Positions 1 through 13,242 of a stretch of DNA of 64,000 nt are shown one piece after another (positions within the stretch are counted from its first letter, which is position 1; each line of letters starts with the position of its first letter). The stretch comes from Octopus sinensis. Lineage: Eukaryota. The notes beneath the pieces were generated by a model. That model made no database searches, was not told the DNA's origin, and worked only from the letters and a program-made list of their open reading frames with translations. The stretch covers positions 17,112,001-17,176,000 of the forward strand of contig NC_042998.1 of assembly GCF_006345805.1 (NCBI RefSeq). Reading direction: 5' to 3'. The translations under genes were made by a program, and so were the position numbers.

Positions 1-327
1 AAACATATATATTTATGTTCAGTGCCTTGGGGTGTGCGTGTGTGAAGGGGTAAGATATGTTTCTATTTGTGTATGAAGTATGTTTGGAGATGTTTATATA
101 CTTCATCAAGTTTTGCTTGCACACGAGCAGTTTCCACATGACTGAACGACATTGGCAATGTTTTATGCTATTGTAATTACCTCTATCATCACGGCCGTCG
201 TGTTTCAATATATTTGCAGCTCTATGGAGGGTAGAATATTTTAATATGCTCATTTTTTATCGCATACACGCGAGAAAATTTGCAACGTATGCATGTATGT
301 GTATGTATATGCATATATATATATTTA

Positions 328-447
328 TATTTATATTATATAGAGGGCATTATTACACATAAATGCTCCAGGCTAGGAGAGACTCTTAAAGTCAAAACTT
401 TGCGTGTGGCATTTATGTGTAATAATGCACTCTATATAATATAAATA
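328..447. repeat. Inverted repeat, 39-bp arms, 42-bp spacer
   Basis: 328-366 and 409-447 are reverse complements with one mismatch (38/39). Confidence 0.85.
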
Positions 448-620
448 AATATATTTAAATGAAAAAAATTGCTGGAATTTTTCTTTATGAGGTTTTTCAC
501 GGTAACTACTTGATAAATTCTTATGGATATTTTACACTATTTTAAAATATATCTATGTATAAAGAACGTTTAAATATTTGTTGTGCAAGATTTTTTATGT
601 GACGTCGTGTGTTGAAACAG

Positions 621-961
621 ATATTGTTATTTTCGGAATGGTCATATTGCCAGTTTTAGCCAATAAAACCACGCACAATATATTTGGTGTTATTTTGCCT
701 CAGTGATATTTATTTTTACATTAATCTAATCTTATTTCGGCCAGAGTTCTTTCGTCACACTCCTGTGACCGCATCAGTGGTCCTTTGTTTTCTTCTTTCG
801 TATTTGATGCGGTCACAGGAGTGTGACGAAAGAACTCTGGCCGAAATAAGATTAAGATTAATGTAAAAATAATATCACTGAAGCAAAATAACACCAAATA
901 TATAGTGCGTGTGTTTTTATTGGCTAAACTGGCAATATGACCATTCCGAAATATACAATAT
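621..961. repeat. Long fold-back (about 156-bp arms, 28-bp spacer), probably inverted Penelope-type terminal repeat
   Basis: 621-776 is the reverse complement of 805-961 with about 8 small differences; inner ~50 bp identical; contains a hammerhead-like motif. Confidence 0.8.
739..782 (-). ncRNA. Minimal hammerhead-like ribozyme (A9C variant)
   Basis: Minus strand GACCA CTGATGC G GTCAC-AGGAGT-GTGAC GAA AGAACT C TGGCC: stem I, core, 5-bp stem II, GAA, short stem III, CUC site. Confidence 0.5.
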
Positions 962-966
962 ATGTA

Positions 967-989
967 TAAAGAAGCCGTCGTATATATGT

Positions 990-1036
<47 letters not shown>

Positions 1037-1305
1037 CATATATATATATATATATATATTATATATGTATATATATATATATGTATTATGTGTGTGTGTA
1101 TGTTTGCGTGTCTGTGTTTGTTTGTCCGCCTAGCATTGTGTGTTTACGTCGCCGTCACTTAGCGCTTCGGCAAAAGAGAGCGATAAAATAAGTACTGGCT
1201 TACAAAGAATAAGTCCTGGGGTCGATTTGCTCGACTAAAGGTTGTGCCCCAGCATGGCCGCAGTCAAATGACTGAAACAAGTAAAAGAGTAAAGAGAGTA
1301 AAGAG
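967..1305 (+). mobile_element. SINE family A, 5'-truncated
   Basis: aaagaagccgtcgtat, internal (TA)n(TG)n, shared body and cagtcaaatgactgaaacaagt(aaagagt)n tail. Confidence 0.85.
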
Positions 1306-1337
<32 letters not shown>

Positions 1338-1877
1338 ATACTATATATATAAATACACAGATATGTGCGTTTGATGAGTGTGTGTTTGTGTGTGTACGTG
1401 TGTAGAAATGAGTACACCTTCATATGAAAGAGCCAATCTTGTTTTGTCGCATTCTATATCTCGCTCAGTTTCCTTTTGATCTTACACTAAGTGCAAGCGT
1501 TTCGGTGGAATGCTCAGCGAATTGCACGTTAGGTTCACAAGCAGTCTGTTCCGCTGACCGGATCAACAGGAACACTCGTCGTCGTAATCTATGGAGTGTC
1601 AGTTACATGCGTGTGCGTGCATGCATTTATGCTTTGTATGTTTGTGTTTATTTTCGTATTCAAATCGTCACGCCTGAGTTTTATACGTCTCTCTCTCTCT
1701 CTTTCTCTCTCCCTATCAGATTATCTATCTATCTGTAGACGACGCTATTTTAAGCGTAAATCTGTGACCCAAAGAAACAACGAGAGGTAAGGCGACTTAT
1801 CATGTGTTCATTTTCGAACTGTCTGTGGGTTTTTCTTTCCAGGGCTACACCTAAACTGTGAAATTTATTTATATATA

Positions 1878-1909
<32 letters not shown>

Positions 1910-2423
1910 CATATATAATATATATTATATATATATACATGTATATATATATAATATTTTTATACACCACACAACCCACATATCCCTATTGAAACGTTTT
2001 TTTTTATTTGTGTCCCACCCATCCACCTCGAAAAGAAAAACTCTACATTGTATTTCGATCCATTTTATTCTGTGTTTAGCCCTGTGTGGCCACAATAAAA
2101 AGTTATCTGTATTTCTGCCTCTCTCTAACTCTCTCACTCCCTTTCCTCTTTATCTCAATGTACTACTACAACTTTCTACTCTATCCTTACGCTATTTTCT
2201 ATCTTCTTTGTTACGCAGTGTTCCTTCTTTTCCCTATTTCTGTTCTAATAGCACCTCCTTCTCCTTTATCGCAATCCACCCAGCGAAGACTTACCCTCTT
2301 TCGGTCTTGTTTTTAGCGTCATCTTTGAACTAAATTCCATATGAAAAAATTATTTTCCTATTCTTCCACATTGGAAACATGCATGTTGGTTTGGTTTATG
2401 TAACCTTTATCTGAAAAGATTTA

Positions 2424-2675
2424 TACTCTTACTCTTTTACTCTTTTACTTGTTTCAGTCCTTTGACAGCGGTCATGCTGGAGCACCGCCTTTAATCGAGC
2501 AAATCGACCCCGGGACTTATTCTTTGTAAGCCCAGTACTTATTCTATCGGTCTCTTTTGCCGAACCGCTAAGTGACGGGAACATAAACACACCAGCATCA
2601 GTTGTCAAGCAATGCTAGGGGACAAATACAGACACACAAACATACACGCACACACACACACACACACACACATAA

Positions 2676-2758
<83 letters not shown>

Positions 2759-2917
2759 TGTATATATGTATATACGACGGGCTTCTTTCAGTTTCCGTCT
2801 ACCAAATCCACTCACAAGGCTTTGGTCGGCCCGAGGCTATAGTTGAAGACACCTGCCCAAGGTGCCACGCATGTGGTTGGTAAACGAGCTACTTACCACA
2901 CAGCCACTCCTACGCCT
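2424..2917 (-). mobile_element. SINE family A (tRNA-like head, internal microsatellite)
   Basis: Near full copy matching those at 24121 and 47826; small deletion in the head. Confidence 0.9.
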
Positions 2918-3340
2918 ATGTATATATTTTTTGCTAAGATACATAATTTTCCTACTATTCCATCTATGTTTCTTCTAATTTTGTCCCATCTTTTGGAAAA
3001 CAGCTTCTGCAAACTTTTTTCTTCTTGTTCACTTCCGCTTTGTTATCTGTTTTTTCTTCCATCATGCATTCTGTCTCTCTCTGTACCTTTTCTTTTCAAA
3101 TTTCTGTTTGTATCATAACTACACAGCATTTCATCTGATTGTTTTTATAAATTTCTACATATTGTCTTGTACGAATCATATTTTTATGCACACCAATCTC
3201 TATTTCTCTTTCTTTTTGCTATCTATATTCTGTCGTACACAATGACCTCTGAACGGTCAAATCTAGGCCAACGTTTTAGATAGGGCTTTAGAACACAATT
3301 GTTTCTCATAACATTTTTGTGTGTATATTACAGACATATA

Positions 3341-3546
3341 CGAGGGGATGCTGAAAAGTTCCTGGCTTCTGGTAAACGAAAGTACAGGAGGGTCAATTAA
3401 TTATTTATTCAGCATATTCCCTTCTCAGTTTCACCCGTTTATGCAGCAGTCCATCAGTTTTTCTAAGCCATGTAAAAAAAAACTCGAAAGATGGGTCTGC
3501 AACTAGGCCTTTCACGATACTCTTAAGGCCAGGATGTTTTTCAGCG
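3341..3546. mobile_element. Mariner-derived MITE
   Basis: TA followed by CGAGGGGATGCTGAAAAGTTCCTGGC; degenerate inverted copy GCCAGGATGTTTTTCAGC at 3528-3545. Confidence 0.65.
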
Positions 3547-3559
3547 GAGCAACATGTGG

Positions 3560-3611
<52 letters not shown>

Positions 3612-3936
3612 CATATATAGCTAAATAGATAGATGGATTGGAGAGAGAGAGAGAGAGATTGAGAGAGAGAGAGAGAGAGTAGTGTGTGTGTATGTATTTT
3701 CTTGTAAATGCCGTGGTTTCTGTAGTAATACATACATACGTATATATATATATATATATATAATAATATATATATATATATATGTCGATTTGACATCTAT
3801 GTTAGCATATTAGGTGTCCACTTTAGTGGTCATTCCTCTTAATTTTGTATGAACACACAATTTTATTCTTCGCATTTTTTTTTATATGCTAAGCCCCTGA
3901 TTTTAATTGTTAAATAATCTATTCCTCTATTTCTAC

Positions 3937-3998
<62 letters not shown>

Positions 3999-4033
3999 TA
4001 TATATATATACATATAATATATATAGCACGGAC

Positions 4034-4082
4034 TTTGTCAGTGAACAGGTCGCGGATTTTGCGACGAAAATATTTTGACAAA
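4034..4082 (+). ncRNA. Minimal type I hammerhead ribozyme with G3-C8 core
   Basis: TTTGTCA GTGAACA G GTCGC-GGATTTT-GCGAC GAA AATATT T TGACAAA: 7-bp stem I, 5-bp stem II, palindromic stem III. Confidence 0.7.
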
Positions 4083-4215
4083 TTAAACTTAATGTTGAAG
4101 TGAATCGAACGGCTTTTGTGTGTTTCTTAAATGGCTTATAAACACCTTCCACGCTGCAATTGTTTTCGTTTCAGCACACGATCTCAGATCAAATTACTTG
4201 CTATGCGAGTACATC

Positions 4216-4262
<47 letters not shown>

Positions 4263-4312
4263 CATACATACATACATACATACACACACACATACATACA
4301 TACATACATACA

Positions 4313-4347
<35 letters not shown>

Positions 4348-4617
4348 TGTTATATATGTATATATATATAAGTGTGTGTACCATTATTACAGAAACTACT
4401 GCATTTACGGCAAGAACAACAATGGAAATAACAACGCCTATAGTAGCTGCAACGACAACGCAGCACGGAAGTTGTCAACAGCAATAGAATCTGTCGTTTC
4501 TCATTCAGTAATACTGACCTATATAAGCTTGAAGTGACTAGTTCTCAACTATTCCTATTTCTTCAAACTTTTCTTTCACTGTTGCCTCGACTACTATTAT
4601 TAATACTATCGTTACTT

Positions 4618-4632
4618 CTTCTACTACTACTG

Positions 4633-4705
<73 letters not shown>

Positions 4706-4787
4706 CACTACTATTGCTGCTACTGTTGCTGCTAATATAACTACCAAAGCTGACGCTGTTAAATCTGCTGCTTCAGATGATGATGAT

Positions 4788-4820
<33 letters not shown>

Positions 4821-4845
4821 GATGATGATGATGATGATGATGATA
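4618..4845. repeat. (CTA)n and (GAT)n microsatellites
   Basis: Directly visible trinucleotide tracts. Confidence 0.95.
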
Positions 4846-5284
4846 ATAAAGACAGTACCGCCATTAACAAAAATCTAATCTAAGTTTTCAGTTCTTTAAT
4901 TTTTGTCAGAGGTCTAATGCATAGCACCTGTTATATGCTGTAGAAATAGCGTCATATTTTCATACACTATGGTACCCGATTAAAAACCACTATTGGGCCA
5001 TTGATTTCTCTGGTCGAAACTCATGCTGTTGCGAGCAAAAGTAAAATGAAATAATACATAAACAAAGCATCTAAATCTGTTTGTCGACTTGTACTCCTTT
5101 TCTAATTTTTCCACCAACTTCTCGCATACCTTAACCCAGATGTAACATCATATTTCTCTGAGGGAGGAAAATTCTTCAGCACCTATCTACAAATATCCCT
5201 GCTGCCTATGATACTTTCCTTTTATATATTTTGCACCTTTCTCATCTGAATAAATAATATCAATTGAAGGTATATAAATGTATG

Positions 5285-5516
5285 AAGGCGGTGAGCTGGC
5301 GGAAACGTTATCACACCGGGCGAAATGCTTCGCGGAAATTTGTCTGCCGCTACGTTCTGAGTTCAAATTCCGCCGCGATCGACTTTGCCTTTCATGCTTT
5401 CTTGGTCGATTAAATAAGTACCAGTTACGCACTGGAGTCGATATAATCGACTTAATCGGTTTGTTTGTCCTCTCTTTGTTTGTTTAATCTCTTGTGGGTT
5501 ATAAAGAAATAGGTAT
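5285..5516 (+). mobile_element. SINE family B, tail type B1
   Basis: tRNA-like head with GTTCAAATTCC B box; central gactttgcctttcat...gtcgat.aaataagtacc domain resembling the MetaSINE core; cttgtgggttataaagaaat tail. Confidence 0.85.
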
Positions 5517-5521
5517 ATGAA

Positions 5522-5561
<40 letters not shown>

Positions 5562-6164
5562 TATATATTATCCATGCTTACACAAAAATATATATTATAT
5601 ATATTGTATTGTATTGTATTGTATTTATTGTATCGTATTTTATTCTCCATACCTCCATTAGGTATGGACTATATTCTCCATAATTAATGGAGGTATGTAG
5701 AATAAAGTCAGCAAAGAACCAAAAAGCAAACTAGAACGAAAGAAAAAAGAAAATCCATGTATGCGGTTTGTGTCTAAATTTTAATATTGTTTGTTAGACA
5801 CTTAACATGTGTAAATGTATTTTACATTTTTATTGCTGATATACTTTATGCAATATATAGGATTATTCGTTAAGTGCAGCTTTTTCCATATAATTACAAG
5901 TGCACAACAATAAAATACTAGTCTCATAAACTAAATATGTTGTCTTTAGAGATTTAAATATTCATTAAAATCTGTGTATCGAAATATTTGATTTATTCAG
6001 TAGCAGACAAAAATACTCTCCCACTCGCACATATAATTGTCACCCAAGGAAAATTCACACAAACACATACATACAGTTTCGATTATCTGAACAAAATTTA
6101 GAGAACGTAATTTAATAAAATACAATAATGAAAAAATAATTAATAAATATATCTATTTTTTATC

Positions 6165-6400
6165 TTTTGATTGTTTCAGTGATTAGACTGTCACCATGCT
6201 AGTGCACCGCCTTCAAGACTTTTGTCGCACGAATCGCCCCCCATTACTTATTGCGTTTCTAAGCCTGTTACTTGTTCAATCTGCCTCATTTGCCAGAATT
6301 CTACGTTATATAGAAGTAAAAACCCGAAAACTGGTTGTCAAGCGATGGTAGGAGACAAACAGACACAAATTTACACACTCAAACACACAGACACTTTATA
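6165..6400 (-). mobile_element. SINE family A, diverged 3' half
   Basis: Similarity to the family A body and tail. Confidence 0.7.
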
Positions 6401-6441
6401 TTGTGTGCGTGCTCGGGCTCATGTGTGTGTGCATGCATATA

Positions 6442-6477
<36 letters not shown>

Positions 6478-6750
6478 ATTAATTAATAAGGGTGAGAGAA
6501 TTAGATACTAATTTAATAGTATATCTATTCTACACCAAGTGGCCTAGTGCTCCGAGAAACCTGGATTATTATAATATTTTATAATATATTATAATATTTT
6601 TACAAAATAAATATAAGAGAGTGGTCACTATATGGCTCACTCTAGCACCAGTTAATCCAATTGTTATTTTTTTATTTGCCCTGTCCGTGTGAGAACAATC
6701 GTACTGACTTTCATGGGAAATGTATTTTTGTGGTTGAAACCTATTGGATT

Positions 6751-6802
<52 letters not shown>

Positions 6803-7004
6803 AACGTGTATACTGTATTCAGAAACCTACCGACGCCCCCTTTTCCTTTCGCAATCTTTTTCCTTCTGTTTAATCAGTACTTAATCGCACCCACCTTGTT
6901 TCCACTTTGAGTAATCTTCCCAATAACTAACACTTTCGATGGTGAATTGACTTTGATTATGATTTTTGTTCCTAGTGACCATTCCTGCAGGGGTGGGGCT
7001 TGAC

Positions 7005-7140
7005 AATATATTTATTTCTTTACTACCCACAAGGGGCTAAACACAGAAGGGAAAAACAAGGACAAACGAAGGGATTAAGTCGATTACATCGACCCCAGTG
7101 CGTAACTGGTACTTAATTTATCGGCCCCGAAAGGATGTGG
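7005..7140 (-). mobile_element. SINE family B, B1 tail, 5'-truncated
   Basis: Nearly identical to 43318-43450. Confidence 0.85.
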
Positions 7141-8469
7141 CAATATAAACAGAGACATAAGAGAGTATAGAAAGTATAAGCAGTAGCAACAAAAATGTCA
7201 ATAAACATTAGCTGAGTTAAATTTTCTCAGACAGATGTTCATAGAAGAAATATGTATGTACCTTGAGTAGTTTTACGTAGACAGCGGTCATGCAAAATAA
7301 TCGTTGACATTACAAAGAACACATCCGGTTTTCTGTTCTATTCACTCAGATACCATTTGTCCTGTGAGGTTTCTACAAAACCCTCTCTCTAAGATAGCAC
7401 ACATCGTTTGGTTAGGCCGATTTTACAGCTAATGCTTCAGTGAAATTTTTGCATCTTCCTCCTTTTACAAAATTTTTCTATATAATTAATGTTCAACATA
7501 ATTAATTCCACCTTTTTTATAATATATTCACAAATATCCACTACTATCCACTCCACTACCATCGCTTAACAACTGGTTTTCGTGTGTTCATGTCCCCGTC
7601 AGCTAGCGGTTCGGTAAAGCGACCCATAGAATAAATACCAGCCTTTCAAAAATAATAAATACTACGCTTGATTCGCCACACTAGAATTATTTGAAGTTGT
7701 ATCCCAGCATGACGGTAGTCTAATGAGTGAAACTGGTAAGAGATAGCAGTTAAAGATATACATTTTTCTAAAACCTTTTGCAACGTATACCAACGTATAT
7801 GAGTGTGCACATGTGCGTATGTTTGTATGTGCGTACGCCCCTGTGTGTGCATGTGTGTATGAATCTGTGAGTGTGATTTCATGCTCACACAAAATACATT
7901 AATGCATATGCGTTTGTATAATGTTGCTTGACAGTGCCTAGGTTAAGTTTATTTAGTGTACAATTACAAAACACCTTGTTTATCTAAAACTACAAAAGTC
8001 ACCATTCTCATTCATTATTTGCAATACCAACTGAACCTGCTCATCTGTTCATATATACAGTAGTACTTCTGTAGGAATCAATAAACTATGCCACCTGCTG
8101 AAATTAAATTACATTTAGCTAGATTACGCTCTTAAAGTGTCTCTAGATTATCACATATCACCGACAGTAGTGAGACTACATACTAAACCTATTTCATATA
8201 ATATTTCTATATGTATTGTCTAGGAGATGTAATCATAAAAGCAACGCTTGGAATAACATAACATCACTGGTTGTACTTTGATGCAGATGACAAATATAAC
8301 TATGAGATGAAATTTTACTGCAGAAAACAATGCTGATGGTATGTTTAGCCATCGATAGTGTAACTCTACTAGTCTGTGAATTCCCAGTTTATCTCTCCTG
8401 ATTAACCTGTGAAAATGAAATTGTAATATTTCCTTGTTTTTCTTCCTCCCTCTTTACCCACATTAAAAT

Positions 8470-9250
8470 CTCGTTTTGGCTCTCGTTTTGCTTGCAATTC
8501 CGCCGCCTTAGATGTCTGTGCATCTTCAACCACATCTTTGAAATCCAAGTAAATCATATGGTCCTCTTCTTCTTCAACAGATTAGCCAGCATCCAAGACC
8601 ACCACTTCGACGGCACTGCTACACTCATACTTGCATACATACCACTCCCAATGTCATTACCTTCGCTCTCTTTGTGTATTAATCCCTGTCAGCGTTAGAT
8701 CCTATGCTTCTTCGAGCTTCTTCGTATCCTCACCTTTGAATTAGTACTCTCATCTAAGAACCCATTTCTCTCATCTGTGACATTTCAACCGTTCATCATT
8801 CAAACGTGTACGCAGCCTACATAAAATACTGAGTTTTATCCCCTATATCATCTCGCCTCCCACCTTTCTCGACTCTTCTATTAGTCTTAACACCTTTGAA
8901 TTCACCTTCCTCACTGGACATATTTATCAATTCATCCGCCATTGACCTGACTGATCTACTGAAGATCTTTGCGAGATCCGTCTCGAAAACCAACCTTAGT
9001 TTTCTTGATACTTGTATTTTGCGGTTTACTTAACACGGTATTGTACCGTGTTTGCCATACACAGAGCATCCGAGTAATTTAAGATTCGCAAAGTATTTTA
9101 TTTTATCCTAAGCCTCTTTCAGCCTAAACTCACCATTCCACGCCTTTCAACAATCTTCGAAGCATTAACACTGCGCTTACAAGTGATGTTATTCTCCATC
9201 TCTTGCATCTTATATATGCCTTATAACAAAGCACCAACGTATCCTAGCAG
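8470..9250 (-). mobile_element. Highly decayed RTE-like LINE fragment (RT C-terminus)
   Basis: Broken translations resemble RTE motifs (IKKTKV; RGRP..W.DVV.ED-like ending); many stops and frameshifts. Confidence 0.4.
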
Positions 9251-9299
9251 CTCTTTGATACTTCCACCCGCATACACACATAAATGAAAGCGCATACAC

Positions 9300-9880
9300 A
9301 GTGAATAATTGCAATTCTGAATTCCTGACGCGCATAATATAAACAAACGCTATCACATACAAAGACGTAAGCTCCAACTATTTGCCAAATATTGAGATTT
9401 GCACAACCGATGACCTTGAACAACATGACCATTCATCCGTATGGACAGATTCCTCCACCCCGATACATTATCATTGGCAGGTACATCCAGACACTCACAC
9501 AAAGATATGTGGGCATAAGAGGCATACAAAATCACACTCATGTGCAGTCACGAATAGATGCTCAATACACTGTGGACCACTCGCATACGAAAATGACACC
9601 TTCAAAAATCTCATATACAGATTCATACTAGCACATCAAACAAAGGTCTGGCCTTTTATTCCCACTTCATTCTTAAAATACTCTTTTCATCAACCATCCC
9701 ACTTCCGATGCATCAATGAGTATCATGTAGATCGACTCCTCAAGTGTACTTCAGGATTTGCACTCATTATTTTTATTTTCTTCCGTTTTCTTTTCTTTGA
9801 TACTTTTTTCAGTTTCTCTTTGTTTTTGACCCCTGCTTTCTGACAACCCAAAGATCGGCCGAAGAGTTTTAGCAATTAAC
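9300..9880 (+). mobile_element. Decayed Penelope-like 3' end (GIY-YIG relic plus hammerhead relic)
   Basis: Frameshifted IGR-TSRH..TKICGHKRH resembles GIY-YIG YIGRTSR.L..RI.EH; CTGACAA...GGCCGAAGAG motif at about 9840-9872. Confidence 0.4.
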
Positions 9881-11897
9881 GAATTCCCTCTTTCAGTCCC
9901 TTGTAGCAAAGCTACTAATATTGATTGTAAATTTATCGGTTTTGTTTTGCTTATACTTTGTTATTCAAATTTATAAACACATACTCACACAAAGTACACA
10001 TGGAAATATATTCAAATGCATATATACACGCACACACGCAAACACACACATATAGTTTGTGTTTGTGTGACTACGTATAAAAATTATATAATGAATACAT
10101 TTTAATATGTATCAACTGAATGATGCGTTAAATATTTGTGGTTGATATGGATACTGTTTCTATTATACATTTGTATCATTGATAGGTTTGCATAGGTTGC
10201 GATTCAAACATGTGTAAAATATATAGAATATGAAGTATATAATTTACACAAGTGTAGAGCGCACAAAATTTGACAGTGTCGAAACGATTCCGTATTTTAT
10301 TTATTTTCTAAATTTATATATTTATTCAATTATTTGTTTTCTTTTTAAGCAATCTAAATTACGATGGTGTATAGAATTGCGTAGACCAAAATAATATTCT
10401 TTTTTAACCACGTTTGGCTCCTAATACGATATTTCTATTTCCGAATGTTTGCATTCTAATCTTGTTTACTTCAGGGAAATAAGACCATTTCAAAAGCAAT
10501 TTAGTGAAGTACTATTAAATAAATAACGAAATTTACCGAGAGGAAAAAAAAAGAATAACATGAAAATAAAATTAAGAAAAATATATTGCAAACTTAAACA
10601 AAACAAAGATGAAGAAAAAAGAAGGAAAAAGTAGACATTGTAAAAATAAGCTAGAAAAGAACAGATGATGAATAAAATAAGTAGACAATGTTGGAAATAT
10701 AGTGTTAAACAAAAATAATAACAAAAAAACATTTCATATCACGCTGTTTCTTGTGTTAAAACTAAGGGAGGTAAACGGAAAAAGAAAACAAGAAATGACA
10801 ACAGCAAAAATAGCAGCAGAAACATCAGCCGCTATAACTACATTTGCTATAACAAGAACAAAAACAACGCAAACATCAAAAGCATCATCATCAAGAACAT
10901 AAACGATTGTAACCACAAAAAGACAGAAATAACAAGAAAGCTAATACAAAGTCATGATATAGGAGAAGAAACAAACAAAATATATGTGAGAAATATTGGA
11001 GAAAGAAAGAGAAAATATGGAAGAAAAAAGAGCTGCGGAAGTGGAAAGGAAAATAGCAAGTAAAAGAAATGTTTGAGAGAGGGGTAAAGAGAATGGCGAA
11101 AGAAAAAGGAAAGAAATCTACTGGCTGCTAGAAACATATATCAGAAGACTAAATGGCGGCAATATACCATTCCAAAGTGTTAGCATGAATATTTGTGTGT
11201 GTTTCGAAATTCTAGTTATCGCCAAAGTCATAACACATATCACACCGAGAAATATGTGTTAGATGGAACTGTCAACGCTGGTAAAATGAAGAATGAGATG
11301 ACAAGATTTCGGTAAATGATGAAGGAGATTGGCAACAATACTCGACAGGGGTCACAGCACACTATCTTTGTAGACCGACTGATTACGAAAGCAGTGAGTT
11401 TGGAAAACGGAAGAAATGAAAGAAATAACTAACAATATAGAAGGAAAAATAACAACAAATAATAAACAAAACAGACAAAACAAAATAGAAAAAGACGAAA
11501 AAATCTGACTACAACAATAAATGCAGAGAGGAGAGAGACGATGTGGGAGAAAGATTGATATCGTGTTAAACTACCTTACTGTACAAATATATTTATATTC
11601 TGATTTGTTTGAGAAATATGGGTTTGTGTTGGCACAAGCTTATAAAAAAAAAGTAGGGTTTTTAACACGGGGAATGTTTATTCGCGTATCCTAACGGAAA
11701 AGTGGAATGTGAATCCTTGTGTAGGTTTTCTTATATAGGAAAAGTCCCCGATGCGCAATTAAGAACATACACGCACACACATAGACACACACATACGTAA
11801 TGTAGCATGAATGTGTAACTTTTTATTACGTACATATGCAGATATATATAATATAATATATATGTATATATATATATATTATATTTTATATATATAT

Positions 11898-11959
<62 letters not shown>

Positions 11960-12640
11960 TATAACGTTATTATATATGCATAGAGCATAGCAAAAATATA
12001 TCACACGTGGCGGAAAATGTGGTCTTATATGATTATCTGAATACTAATACATATACGTAATTTTAAGTATGTTCAGAGAACAATGAATGTATGTGTATGA
12101 AATTAAATACATGAATAATATATTGTATACGCTATAAGAATCATATAATTATATTATTGTTTAAATATGAAAATATTTCTAGAGTATCATGTGCTAAGAA
12201 TTATCTTTTTGAAAACTGAGACAATGAGAAAAATAATTCGAAATATAATAGGGTGATTCGGTAAAACTTATGAGGAAATAGTAAGGAGCGAACAGCTCAA
12301 AATAAGGCAAACACACTCGCACATGTATGTTGGGTCACTGTCACTGATCGTTAAATATTCGCCACTTCGAATAAATGAGTTAAAAACTTCTACAACCATA
12401 GGTATCCGTAATGTAATTCTTTGGTTGTATCAACGTAATTGAACATGGAGACATCTTAGTTGCAAATTATTTCACCATTCGGTCATTCAGGACCTACATG
12501 TACAAAGCCATACATTCAAACATATATGCGTATGTGCATAAATTGATGTTTAAAGATATGCATATAACACATAAACAGACACGCGTAGAGCCCCCACGCC
12601 CGCCTACGCGGAAACACAAACACATATGCATATATATATC

Positions 12641-12863
12641 TTTTACTCTTTACTCTTTTACTTGTTTCAGTCATTTGACTGCGGCCATGCTGGAGCACCA
12701 CCTTTAGTCGAGCAAATCGACCCCGGGACTTTTTCTTTGTAAGCCCAGTACTTATTCTATCGGTCTCTTTTTGCCGAACCGCTAAGTGATGGGGACGTAA
12801 ACACACCAGCATCGGTTGTCAAGCGATAGTGGGGGGACAAACACAGACACACAAACATATACT

Positions 12864-12920
<57 letters not shown>

Positions 12921-13028
12921 GACAGGCTTCTTTCACTTTCCGTCTACGAAATCCACTCACACGGCATTGGTCGGCCCGGGGCTATAGCAGAAGACACTTG
13001 CCCAAGATGCCACACAACCACTCTGCGC
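12641..13028 (-). mobile_element. SINE family A, 5'-truncated
   Basis: High similarity to the other A copies. Confidence 0.9.
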
Positions 13029-13100
13029 ATATATATATATATAATATATATATATATCATATATATAATATATATATATATAATATATACATATATATAT

Positions 13101-13135
<35 letters not shown>

Positions 13136-13242
13136 GATTATATATATATAATGTATATATATATATACATATATATATATATAATATACATATATATGTG
13201 TATATATACATATATATATAACATGTGATCTCTTAAGCACCA

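Noticed and set aside
5641-5705. Cluster of short inverted repeats (CATACCTCCATT/AATGGAGGTATG)
   Set aside because: Short quasi-palindrome scar; no evidence of function.
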